Below are positions 40,801 to 48,736 of a DNA stretch of 64,000 bases, piece after piece. Both the position numbers and the translations under genes were made by a program. This stretch comes from Vulcanimicrobiota bacterium (GTDB lineage: Bacteria > Acidobacteriota > Terriglobia > Terriglobales > Acidobacteriaceae): NCBI GenBank assembly GCA_964658225.1, contig CAZZYH010000003.1, forward strand, positions 491 through 64,490, written 5' to 3'. The first letter of the stretch is position 1, and each line of letters starts with the position of its first letter. The notes under the pieces were generated by a model, which worked only from the letters and a program-made list of their open reading frames with translations, did no database searches and had not been told where the DNA came from.

Positions 40801-41371
40801 TGCCGCCGCGCCGCGTGTACTGGCCTGGAGAGTCGACGATATCCATCGCCATGTAGCCCACGCTCGCAAGATGCGTGGTGAGCGCGTCCAGATCATGCTC
40901 TTGGCCGCGGCGTAGGACCCGGGCCAGGTCCGAGTAGTACGCGGCAGGAAAGAGCTTCATCGCTGCTGCTTCGACCGGCGCGATCACAATCGAAGCGGCG
41001 CCGGTTGCAATCTTCCAAAGCGTGGCCGCCCGCTGCTCCTGCACCTCGGCATGCGGCGACATGTGCTCGAAAGGAAGCACGTCGTGCGCCGGCAGCTTGA
41101 GCACGCGTTCGGGCGCAATGGCCCCGGAGAGTTCGCAGGCGGAACGCAACGCGAGAGAGAGCGAGTCGGCCGCCTTGTTATCGGCTACCAGCACCACGGC
41201 CGGCACATTCGCAGCCCGAGCAAAGAAGGGAAGATAGAGCGCGCGCGCAGTCGCGGTCAGCCCGGAAACACGGCGGCGCCCGCGCGCCAGCTTGAGGTGG
41301 CGTGCCGCGTGCTCAAAAGCTGGCGAGCGCTCCAGATCCGCAAGCAGCTCACGGACGAAAGGCAGGATCAT
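37811..41371 (-). CDS. mfd: Transcription-repair coupling factor
   Basis: 1186 aa. UvrB-homology N-terminus, RNAP-interaction domain, and SF2 translocase motifs (GDVGYGKTEVA, VDEEQRFGV, SATPIPRTL, LRGRVGRS). Confidence 0.95.
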   Translation of the reverse strand: MILPFVRELLADLERSPAFEHAARHLKLARGRRRVSGLTATARALYLPFFARAANVPAVVLVADNKAADSLSLALRSACELSGAIAPERVLKLPAHDVLPFEHMSPHAEVQEQRAATLWKIATGAASIVIAPVEAAAMKLFPAAYYSDLARVLRRGQEHDLDALTTHLASVGYMAMDIVDSPGQYTRRGGILDVYSPEAERPVRFEFFGDEVESIRRFDPDSQRSLNPVDEAVLLPLTETPVTERLLAAVHTRLSGSNLDDADEVDRMLEHSIAAGGVTVFPGWELFAGVAGASTTLLGLFPRCVLFVEEPAMMRNQVERWWTKIEQRHDRAGIGSLIQPADIYREPEVLLAQLGNHPGLDLDQLGIVDVLEDDTTLGEIAFASRPTLRFHGSIPAMIEQLRVLVEQQTRMLLVAANPGELERMAGLLREYEMPYRVGWRSESAAGEIGEQDRKQRAGERPVPVLVRAQIANGVSLGEAKLVIFGANDFSDDVDVAARPAAKRSKTAAFVSDFRDLTVNDYVVHVEHGIAKYMGLREIEQDGVNVEFMILEFAEQARLYVPLTRLDLIQKYRSSEGGTAPILNRLGSQQWAKTKAKVKKAMEDMTDELLKLYAQRKAARGHAFSPDNEFQRAFEDAFDFTETDDQLAAIADIKRDMESELPMDRLLCGDVGYGKTEVAMRAAFKAVQDGKQVAVLTPTTVLSFQHYETFKKRFRQFPINIEMISRFRTAKEQKAILEQVEQGRVDILIGTHRVLSKDLKFNDIGLLIVDEEQRFGVRHKERLKQIRAQLDVLTMSATPIPRTLHMSLVGLRDMSVIETPPKDRMAIQTVVAKFDEKLVRSAIELELERGGQAYFVYNRVESIYELAAKIRELVPAARVIVGHGQMNEGELEKVMFAFMNHEADVLVATTIIENGLDIPLANTIIINRADRHGLSELYQLRGRVGRSNRRSYSYLLIPPEQELTEVARRRLAALKEFSDLGAGFKIAALDLELRGAGNMLGGQQSGHIEAVGFEMYSGMLEEAVSRMKGEHVTEQPVTQLNLGITLRIDESYIPEENQRLRIYKRIAAAASESSVNDVRNELTDRYGPLPDGVAHLLEAAALRAECERLGISQVDRKRDQVHLRFAPEAAIDPGHLMRLVAQHAKKGAQFTPQGVLRFPLASAAPEDMLIEIRLLLDELAMKERVSA

Positions 41372-41880
41372 CTACGGTTAGCTTACCAGCCCGAGAGCCT
41401 CGTTCCGGGCCCGAACGCCGCGGCTTGCAAGAGCTCGCAGCAAAGGCAGGGCGGCCTCGCGCCTTGGACCCGAGCACGCTTCGGTCAGCTTCAGCGCGAC
41501 TCGCGGCGAGCTCTATTTTCTAAGCACGCGCCTACCGAGCAGCGCGCCTCTGTCAGCACGCAAGGCCGGCGGTTCCGGGCGCGGACCCCGGTGCTCGACT
41601 GCCCTGCTGGCAGGGCGGCAGCCCCTTGCAGAACGACTCGGCCTTTGTGCTCTTCGCGCATGCCGATCTCAAGCACTTCGGCGGGAGCGGCATGCGCACG
41701 ACCCTCGCCGCGCTCCTGTACCGTCCCGGTGGTCTGCAGGAGCGAGCGCGTCAGCAGCGGATCTGATCCGTGAAGACAAGGCTGTGCCCCTACGGCAGGC
41801 GTAAAGATGATGTTCGGGTCTTTGGAGTCTGTGTGGTCTACACCCGGAAGCTGTCGAGAAGTATGCAGTGGGGAGCAGAC

Positions 41881-41955
41881 TGGAGGCGCGGGCCGGGATC
41901 GAACCGGCGCATAAAGGTTTTGCAGACCTCTCCCTTACCACTTGGGTACCGCGCC
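41881..41955 (-). tRNA. tRNA-Cys (anticodon GCA), CCA encoded
   Basis: I folded it by hand: acceptor GGCGCGG/CCGCGCC, anticodon arm GAGGT-CTGCAAA-ACCTT, T arm GCCGG-TTCGATC-CCGGC, discriminator T, then CCA. Confidence 0.9.
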
Positions 41956-42084
41956 ACTTACAAGAGCCTTGGAGACAGCCATATCACGACGCGTGAGCCG
42001 CACCAGATATGCCGGGAGGCCAACGCACCGCCCCGGCCGGTCCCTTGTTCGATTCTTTCGATGCGATCGACCTAAGAACCCGAC

Positions 42085-42159
42085 TGGAGCGGGAGACGGG
42101 ACTTGAACCCGCGACCCTCGCCTTGGCAAGGCGATGCTCTACCACTGAGCTACTCCCGC
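42085..42159 (-). tRNA. tRNA-Gly (anticodon GCC), CCA encoded
   Basis: GCGGGAG-TA-GCTCAGTGGTAGAGC-A-TCGCC-TTGCCAA-GGCGA-GGGTC-GCGGG-TTCAAGT-CCCGT-CTCCCGC-T-CCA forms a canonical cloverleaf. Confidence 0.92.
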
Positions 42160-42643
42160 TTGGTACAGGCCTCAGTCTATCGAACCGGTGGGCAAGGGTC
42201 AAACGAAGAGCTTCGGCTCGCGGAATCACGGGAGCGATGGGCCGGCGCTGCCAGTTCCCGCTCAGCTCTCACGGCATTAGCTGATGATCCCTGCCTCTTC
42301 CCTCACTCCATCGCGCCCTCTCGGAGTCAGCTTCGCGACCCTCTGCAAAGGTTTCATGCACGCCGGGTTGCGCTCCGGCACAGTTCAAAGGTCGGCCCGG
42401 TTTTCTTGCGCAGAATTGTGTAAAAAGGTCTTCCCCTACACCCCTTTTCGTCCTAGACTGTCATGCGAATGGCGAGAGCCCTTCAAAACTCCACCAGAAA
42501 GATGGCAGCCCTTAGCCAGGCGCGCATGCCCTTGATCAGGCTCCGCCGCTGCTAGAAGAGCTTCACCTTCCTCCATCCACGGCTGGACGGTTTTTATCTC
42601 AAAAGAGCATCATGTGGCCGCTACCCGGCTGAGAGTGTCCCTT

Positions 42644-43477
42644 ATGGATAAGTTCGTGCGCCTGTTTCGCTGTTCCGTCGCTCCGCTGGCCTGCATGGTC
42701 TGGCTGCCTGCTTTGGCCGCCGGCTCGTCCGGCTCTTCCAGCGGGGTGATCTCTGCTCTGGAGAAAAAGTATGTGGTTACAGGCACCACGCCGGACTTCG
42801 AGCAGATTACCAAGGACGGCACCACGATGGCGATGAAGTGCGCGGGTGTTTACAGTATCCCGAGCAACCTGATGATCAAGCCCGATAACAAGGTCGTCGA
42901 TGGCAAGATTCAGACGCCTGGAATGATGGTGCGGGTGATGTGGACCAAGTCCGGCGCGCACGTGCTGCAGACCGGAGACAAGGTCTACATCACCAAAATG
43001 GAGAACAAGACCGAAGGCAACGACGACCTGCTTCGGTTCACGCTCCTCACTGTCGATCCGCTCGACGTAAGCGGGTCAGAGTCAAAGAAAAAGTACGACG
43101 CCATTGTCTCTTTCAAGTTCAAGAAGGGGTATCTCGAAGAGACGCCGCCAGAAGAGGTAGAGCAGGCGATCGAGGCAGTCCTGGCGCCCGATACCGGGTC
43201 CCAGGATGATGCCAAGAGCGCCGCGCCGGAGCAGCCTCAGCACGCCACGGCGAAGCCCGCTGCCGCGCCTGCTGCGCCGGCACCGAAGACTGCTCCTGCT
43301 GCCGCCGCCGCCCCGGCCGCTCCGCCCCCGACCATCAGCATCGGCGAGTCTTCGACCGAGGTGTTGCAGGCCATGGGCATGCCCCTGCAGATGATCGACC
43401 TCGGCAAGAAGAAGACCTTTGTTTATAAGGACATCAAGATCGTTTTTGTGAACGACAAGGTCAGTGATATGCAGTAG
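42644..43477 (+). CDS. Secreted hypothetical protein with an Ala/Pro-rich linker and a C-terminal module of about 47 aa shared with the next gene
   Basis: ORF 42614..43477. Signal-like MDKFVRLFRCSVAPLACMVWLPALAAG from ATG 42644. Good G/C third-position bias. I recognised no family for the N-domain. Confidence 0.65.
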   Translation: MDKFVRLFRCSVAPLACMVWLPALAAGSSGSSSGVISALEKKYVVTGTTPDFEQITKDGTTMAMKCAGVYSIPSNLMIKPDNKVVDGKIQTPGMMVRVMWTKSGAHVLQTGDKVYITKMENKTEGNDDLLRFTLLTVDPLDVSGSESKKKYDAIVSFKFKKGYLEETPPEEVEQAIEAVLAPDTGSQDDAKSAAPEQPQHATAKPAAAPAAPAPKTAPAAAAAPAAPPPTISIGESSTEVLQAMGMPLQMIDLGKKKTFVYKDIKIVFVNDKVSDMQ

Positions 43478-43510
43478 TTCGCTCACAAGTGGATGCGCGA
43501 GGAGATGCGT

Positions 43511-45304
43511 ATGAAGTGTCGTAGGAAGTGCAAGGTGCAAGCAGTTTCCTCGAGTCGCTCGAGGCTCGCAGTCGCCGCCGTGCTGGCCGGCATCCTGCCC
43601 ATCGCAGGGAGTGCCTTTGCGTTGGGTCCGACCAAGCCGGCGCCTCCTAAGCCGGCTGCCACCGCTTCCAAACCGCCCACCTCTACCAAGGCTTCCACGC
43701 CCGCGGCCGGCCACACCGCTGCCGGTAGCTCAGGCACGAAGCCGGGCAGCACCAGCGGCGCCTCCGCGTCGAAACCAGCCGGCCCCGGAGCTGCGAACAA
43801 AACTGCCGCGTCGAATAAGCCGGCCGTGACCCACGATGCGAAGACCGGGAACACAACCGTCAAGACCGCAAAGGGTGCAGAGGTCACCAAGAGCCCGACC
43901 GGCAGGGTGACCGCGGTCAAGACCCCCACCGGGCACGAGGCCAAATTTGCGTCCGACGGGAAGGTGAAGGAGGTCCACGCGAAGGGGATGACGGTCTCGC
44001 ACGCACCCAACGGTGTGCGGCGCACCGTGGTCGAGCGGCCGGACCACGCACGGCTGGTTGCGGAGGGGCACGGACGCGGGTATATCCAGCGGCCGTACAA
44101 CTATGGCGGCCACGCCTACTACAGCCGCAACTACTACTATCACGGTGGCTACTACAACGCCTACTATCGCGGGTATTACTACAACGGCGGTTACTACAAC
44201 GGCTACATGCCCGCCTACTACTATCCGGCCGCCTACTACGGATGGGCTTACAACCCCTGGCCGGCGCCGGTGGCCTATGGATGGGGATGGGGCGCGAGCC
44301 CCTGGTACGGCTACTACGGAGCCTACTTTGCTCCTTATCCGGTGTACCCGAGTGCCGCCTACTGGCTGACCGATTACCTGGTAGCCGCGAGTCTTGCCAA
44401 CGCCTATGCAGCGGCCGCAGCCGCCAACGCGCTCGTGATCCCGAGCAACAAGCCGCACCTGGTCTTCGCCTCCTATGATCCGGCCACGCAGACAACCTCC
44501 CCCACAATGACCAAGGATGTGAAGGACGCCGTCTCTGAGGAGATCAAGCGCATGCTTGCCGCGCAAAAGGCTCAGGCCGGCAGCGACGGCACCGTGGCCA
44601 ACCTGGGTACGCTGCTCGCCGATGGGCAGCCGCACATTTTTGTCGCCTCGGCTGCTTTGAGTGTCACCTCCGCAGGGCAGGATTGCGGCCTCACCGAGGG
44701 AGACGTGTTGACGCTCAAGACGCCACCGGCCAAGGATGCGACCACCGCCGATCTGCAGGTGTTGGCCAGCAAGCAGACCGACTGCGCCAAGGACAGCCTG
44801 GTCACCGTCGAGATGACTGACCTGCAGGAGATGCACAACAGCCTGCTGGCCAGCATTGACAAGGGTATGGCGGAGATGAAGGACAACCCCGGCAAGGGTG
44901 GGCTCCCGGCGCCGCCGGCCGACGCCATTGCGGGAACCAAGCAGGCGCCCTACGCTGCGGCTGCTCCTGCCGCGGACCCGAACGGCGCAGCGGAGCTCGA
45001 TCAGACGGCCTCGGAAGGTGCGCAGGTCGAGCAGGAGGTCGTTGCGGAGGCGACCGCTCCGGATACCGGCGAGGAGTCGGCCGAGGCCCAACCCTCGCCC
45101 ATCGGCGCGGTCGCCTCTCCTGCAACCGCTGCCGCACCGGCGCATCGGGGACCGGTCATGATCGCGCTCGGCCAGACGACGGCGCAGGTAGTGGCCAGCA
45201 AGGGGGAGCCGCTCAACAAACTCAACTTCCCGAACAAGCAGGTCTACAAGTACCCGGATATGAAGATCACGTTTGTGAACGGGAAGGTGAGCGACGTCGA
45301 GTAG
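43511..45304 (+). CDS. Secreted hypothetical protein with an extreme Tyr/Gly/Trp-rich low-complexity segment and the shared C-terminal module
   Basis: ORF 43493..45304. The ATG at 43511 lies 6 nt after GAGGAG. The signal peptide ends AGSAFA-LGP. The gene is followed by a strong intrinsic terminator. Confidence 0.7.
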   Translation: MKCRRKCKVQAVSSSRSRLAVAAVLAGILPIAGSAFALGPTKPAPPKPAATASKPPTSTKASTPAAGHTAAGSSGTKPGSTSGASASKPAGPGAANKTAASNKPAVTHDAKTGNTTVKTAKGAEVTKSPTGRVTAVKTPTGHEAKFASDGKVKEVHAKGMTVSHAPNGVRRTVVERPDHARLVAEGHGRGYIQRPYNYGGHAYYSRNYYYHGGYYNAYYRGYYYNGGYYNGYMPAYYYPAAYYGWAYNPWPAPVAYGWGWGASPWYGYYGAYFAPYPVYPSAAYWLTDYLVAASLANAYAAAAAANALVIPSNKPHLVFASYDPATQTTSPTMTKDVKDAVSEEIKRMLAAQKAQAGSDGTVANLGTLLADGQPHIFVASAALSVTSAGQDCGLTEGDVLTLKTPPAKDATTADLQVLASKQTDCAKDSLVTVEMTDLQEMHNSLLASIDKGMAEMKDNPGKGGLPAPPADAIAGTKQAPYAAAAPAADPNGAAELDQTASEGAQVEQEVVAEATAPDTGEESAEAQPSPIGAVASPATAAAPAHRGPVMIALGQTTAQVVASKGEPLNKLNFPNKQVYKYPDMKITFVNGKVSDVE

Positions 45305-45344
45305 CCCGCCACCCATAAATGAAATAGGGTCCCTGGGTAATAGC

Positions 45345-45380
45345 AACGGAGGATTGGCTGCCTGCCAATCCTCCGTTTTC
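45345..45380 (+). terminator. Rho-independent terminator downstream of the Tyr-rich protein gene
   Basis: Perfect 14-bp stem AACGGAGGATTGGC / GCCAATCCTCCGTT with a 5-nt loop, running into TTTTC. It starts 40 nt after the stop codon. Confidence 0.75.
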
Positions 45381-45514
45381 CTGTTGCCGAGAACGATCCA
45401 GATCCCAACCGCGCAGTCTCGATCGGCCGTCCGTCCTCGAACACATCCCCACCTGCCGGCGCGGTGTATGTCGTGTTCGGGTTCGCGACGATCGTGCTAC
45501 CTATCCTGCTCCCT

Positions 45515-46231
45515 CTAGATGGGCGAGAGGCCCGCAAGCGTAGACCGGCCAGTCTCCACCCGCACGATCTCGCCATCGCGCATGTGCAGGATGCGATCGG
45601 CGATGGCGGCGGCTTCGGGGTTGTGCGTGATCATCAGCACCGTCTGCCGATACTGCTGGTTGGCGTGGCGGAGCATCTCGAGCACGGCGTCGGAGTTCTT
45701 CGTATCCAGGTTGCCGGTCGGCTCGTCGGCCAGAATGATCGACGGATTGGTGATCAGCGCCCGCGCAATCGCGACCCTTTGCTGCTCGCCGCCGGACAAC
45801 TCCGAGGGCCGGTGCTTCAGCCGGCCGTCAATGCCCAGCATCTGGCTCAACTCGTCCAGACGCCGCCGGTCAAGCGGAACCTTGGCGCCGGAGATATCGT
45901 AGGCGATCTCGATATTGGCCATCGCCGAGAGCGTCGGCATCAGGTTGAACTTCTGGAAGATGAAGCCAATCTTGGTCTTGCGCATGCGCGTCCGCTCCGC
46001 GTCGGAGAGCTGGGCAAAGTCCACGCCGTCGATCAGCACCCGCCCGGAGCTTGCCCCGGTAAGTCCGCCCAGGATGTAGAACAGGGTTGACTTGCCGCTG
46101 CCCGAGGGCCCTACGATCGAGACGAACTCACCCGGCTCGATGGCAAACGAGACGCTCCGCAGGGCGGGTACGTCGACCCTGCCCGTCCGGTAGGTCTTGC
46201 CAAGGTTCTCTGCCTGGATCATGGCCTGCAC
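45515..46231 (-). CDS. ABC transporter ATP-binding protein (MacB/LolD/FtsE-like)
   Basis: Walker A GPSGSGKST, Q-loop, signature LSGGEQQR, Walker B ILADEPTGNLD, and H-loop ITHN. Confidence 0.9.
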   Translation of the reverse strand: MQAMIQAENLGKTYRTGRVDVPALRSVSFAIEPGEFVSIVGPSGSGKSTLFYILGGLTGASSGRVLIDGVDFAQLSDAERTRMRKTKIGFIFQKFNLMPTLSAMANIEIAYDISGAKVPLDRRRLDELSQMLGIDGRLKHRPSELSGGEQQRVAIARALITNPSIILADEPTGNLDTKNSDAVLEMLRHANQQYRQTVLMITHNPEAAAIADRILHMRDGEIVRVETGRSTLAGLSPI

Positions 46232-46346
46232 AGACTCGATTCTACCCCGCCTCCGCCAAGTGGCGCTTCTGTGCGGGGCGCCGAGGGCGGCGAGGCCTTC
46301 CGAGAAGGCCCGCCGCAGAGTCGCCGGACCGCGGCGGCCACGATCT

Positions 46347-46763
46347 TCAGGAAGCGAACGCGGGCGAAAAAGCCGGCTGCGTCGCCTGGCGCTTGGGCCC
46401 TCGCTTGCGCACCATCAGGACGCGGATGCGCTCGAGCAGTTCGAGCGAGTTGTTCGCCCCCTTGGGCAGGAAGGCGTCCGCCGCGTCTGCACGGGAGAAG
46501 TCCTTGACGGTGCCGCTCAAGAGCATCATCGGGACATCCGGCGCCTGCTGCTTCATGCGCCGGACCATCTCGTTGCCGTCCATGCCGGGGATGGTCAGGT
46601 CGCTCAGCACCAGGTCCACCCCGCCGGCGTCAAACTGCTCCAGCGCCGCCTGGGCGTGGTGCACACACACCACCCGGTAGCCGCGCGTTTCCAACATGAA
46701 CTTGCGCACCGAGAGGGCCTGCTCGTTGCTGTCGACACAAAGAATCACTTTCCTGGGACGCAT
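46347..46763 (-). CDS. Single-domain response regulator (CheY-like receiver)
   Basis: KVILCVDSNE acidic pocket, DLVLSDLTIPGMDG phospho-acceptor Asp, and the conserved T/K positions (LLSG..., LPKG). No output domain. Confidence 0.85.
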   Translation of the reverse strand: MRPRKVILCVDSNEQALSVRKFMLETRGYRVVCVHHAQAALEQFDAGGVDLVLSDLTIPGMDGNEMVRRMKQQAPDVPMMLLSGTVKDFSRADAADAFLPKGANNSLELLERIRVLMVRKRGPKRQATQPAFSPAFAS

Positions 46764-47862
46764 CGCCTGCTTCTCTTCCTTCTTCGCCGGCGCTTGCCGC
46801 GCTGGTCGTTGTATAGCTCACCGGGGCGCACGAGGTCCGTCGCCTGGTGAGAGGCTTGTGTGTGCCGCCTGCGGGTCTGGCGGCCTCAGGCGCAAGAAGG
46901 GGTATCTGCGCCGCAAGTGCAGGAAGCTTCTCCGGCACCTGACTGCAAGGCACAGTCCCGCGACCTTGGCCTGGGGCGTGAAACCCGGGACAAGCAGCAA
47001 AGAGCGAGGTTTGCCTACCGCCCTTCGAGGGTCGGTGCCGTCATGGCGCGGGTCCCAGATCCGATCCCGTTCGGATCGTTTGGGCGATAGCGCATGGACG
47101 ACGCCGGCCTTTGGGGAAGGCGCTCCTGGCTCAACTCAGTTGTTCGTGTAAAGGCGAAAGTTGCGTCGCGATCGCTCATCGACGCTTGCCCAGAGTACGG
47201 AGCGAGGGGCGCCTCTGCAACCGCAAACAAAGGGCGAAGACCGGGGCACAAATTACGTTCCCATTTCGGGAAAACTGGTCGAAACGCCATATTTACAGGG
47301 GTTTCATCAAGCAGGGCTTGTGGAAGCGGTGTGCATCCCTCACGGAAAAGGCGTACGCCTGCCTCAGCCATGGTGCGCCGGAGCGGTACGAAGGTAATGT
47401 ATCGAGCCGCACGCTTCCACCCGTTTCGCCCAAAACCTTGATCCGGATCGCCGCAGCCCCAGCCGGAGCGCCCAAAGCTGCGTCCGGTTCGGCAGCGTAA
47501 AGAAGGACTTTGGCCCGGATTGCTCCCTGTGCTACCGTAAAACCACAGAGTGCGCCCCGGGACACGGCTTGCAACCCCCGTGCACCGGCCGCTCCCTTCA
47601 GACTCCATGCCTGACACGCCCCGCAAGACGACGCCGGTCCTCCCAGCCCTCTGCTGCTGCTGCCGGATGCGTTGTAGCATGCGGGTGAGCCGTGTGTTCT
47701 AGGTTGGTTCTCCCGCCTTCTTCCCATCCCGTCCCACTCGTTTTCTAGAGAGCTCCCTGGGCTTGGACCGCGATCTCCGGCCCGGGCACTCGACAGATCC
47801 GAGAATCTCTCTTTCCCACGATCGCATCTCTTACACCAAGCGCAAGCAAGAGGAAGGTACCG

Positions 47863-48534
47863 ATGAGCATTGGCGAATCCCGCATCCCCCGCATTCTGGA
47901 CCCGGCCCCGGACTTCGAGGCCAAGAGCACGCACGGCGTCATCAAGCTGAGCGACTACACCTCCCAGGGCAAGTACGTTCTGCTCTTCTCGCATCCGTCG
48001 GACTTCACCCCGGTGTGTACGACCGAGTTCATCGAGTTTGCCAAGCGCCAGGCGGACTGGGACCGGCTCAACGTGCAACTGATCGGCGTCTCGATCGACA
48101 GCCTCAATGCGCACATCGCCTGGATCCGCGATATCGAGCAGCACGCCGCGGTGCAGATCGGCTTCCCGGTCATCGCTGACCTCGACCAGAAGGTCGCCGC
48201 GGCCTACGGGATGGTCCACGAGGCGGTCTCCGATACCTCGACCGTGCGCGCTGTGTTCGTCATCGACCCCAAGCAGATCATCCGCGCCATCATCTACTAC
48301 CCCATGCAGCTCGGGCGCAGTGTCGATGAGCTGGTGCGCATCTTTGACGCCATCCAGGTCAGCGATGCGAACAAGGTCTCGCTGCCCGCCAACTGGCAGC
48401 CGGGCGAGCAGGTGATCGTGCCCGCTCCGGCAACCGTGGAGGATGCAGCCAAGCGCACCAATGGCGGGGGCGCCGGGCTGCAGGTGGACACCTGGTACCT
48501 GTCCAAGAAGACGCTCGAGCCCGCCATCAAGTAA
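47863..48534 (+). CDS. 1-Cys peroxiredoxin (Prx6 type)
   Basis: PDFEA.S..G...LSDY..GK.VLLFSHPSDFTPVCTTE with a single peroxidatic Cys motif. AGGAAGG Shine-Dalgarno. Confidence 0.9.
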   Translation: MSIGESRIPRILDPAPDFEAKSTHGVIKLSDYTSQGKYVLLFSHPSDFTPVCTTEFIEFAKRQADWDRLNVQLIGVSIDSLNAHIAWIRDIEQHAAVQIGFPVIADLDQKVAAAYGMVHEAVSDTSTVRAVFVIDPKQIIRAIIYYPMQLGRSVDELVRIFDAIQVSDANKVSLPANWQPGEQVIVPAPATVEDAAKRTNGGGAGLQVDTWYLSKKTLEPAIK

Positions 48535-48602
48535 GCCCCGCGCCGGCGTAGATGCCGGCGTAGATGCGGACCCCTTCGCGGCGTCTGGCATGGGCCGCGG
48601 CG

Positions 48603-48645
48603 AAAGCCCTTGTTCCTCTCGTCGCCAAGAGGAGCAAGGGCTTTT
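48603..48645 (+). terminator. Intrinsic terminator between the convergent peroxiredoxin and FucU/RbsD genes
   Basis: 17-bp stem AAAGCCCTTGTTCCTCT / AGAGGAGCAAGGGCTTT (one G-U pair) with an 8-nt loop and a T-run at the 3' end. An A-run on the 5' side could give weak bidirectional function. Confidence 0.7.
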
Positions 48646-48736
48646 GGACTTCTGGGTTCGGTATCGTGCGGCCGCGACCTCGCCTAGAACCTCGTCTAGC
48701 CTCGCTCCGCGAAGAAGAGCCGCACGCTGCTCGGGC

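Noticed and set aside
41881-42159. tRNA-Cys / tRNA-Gly pair as a genomic island integration site
   Set aside because: No integrase, no direct repeat of a tRNA 3' end, and no compositional break were seen on either side. The neighbouring unusual genes have host-like codon bias.
43730-45346. 538-aa minus-strand ORF opposite the Tyr-rich protein gene
   Set aside because: It is the reverse complement of TAC-rich sequence, giving V/G/R runs. It has no start context and no domain. The plus-strand gene has a signal peptide, a Shine-Dalgarno and a terminator.
47015-47680. 221-aa minus-strand ORF inside the 1.1 kb gap, considered as a possible real gene
   Set aside because: In the part I checked (downstream of its internal Met), about half of the codons end in A/T, unlike every confident gene here. 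The sequence is Arg/Gly/Pro/Ser-rich with no motif and no Shine-Dalgarno. I treat the region as non-coding (see the finding at 46764..47862).
47687-47712. GAGCCGTGTG...GGTTC resembling the ends of a group II intron domain V
   Set aside because: The element is about 8 nt too short and cannot form the two-helix domain V hairpin with a GNRA loop. There is no 5' GUGYG, no reverse transcriptase ORF, and no other intron domains nearby.
48542-48565. Perfect tandem duplication of the 12-mer GCCGGCGTAGAT just after the peroxiredoxin stop
   Set aside because: There are only two copies, in a 3' UTR just upstream of the terminator. This is most simply a slippage duplication with no evident function.
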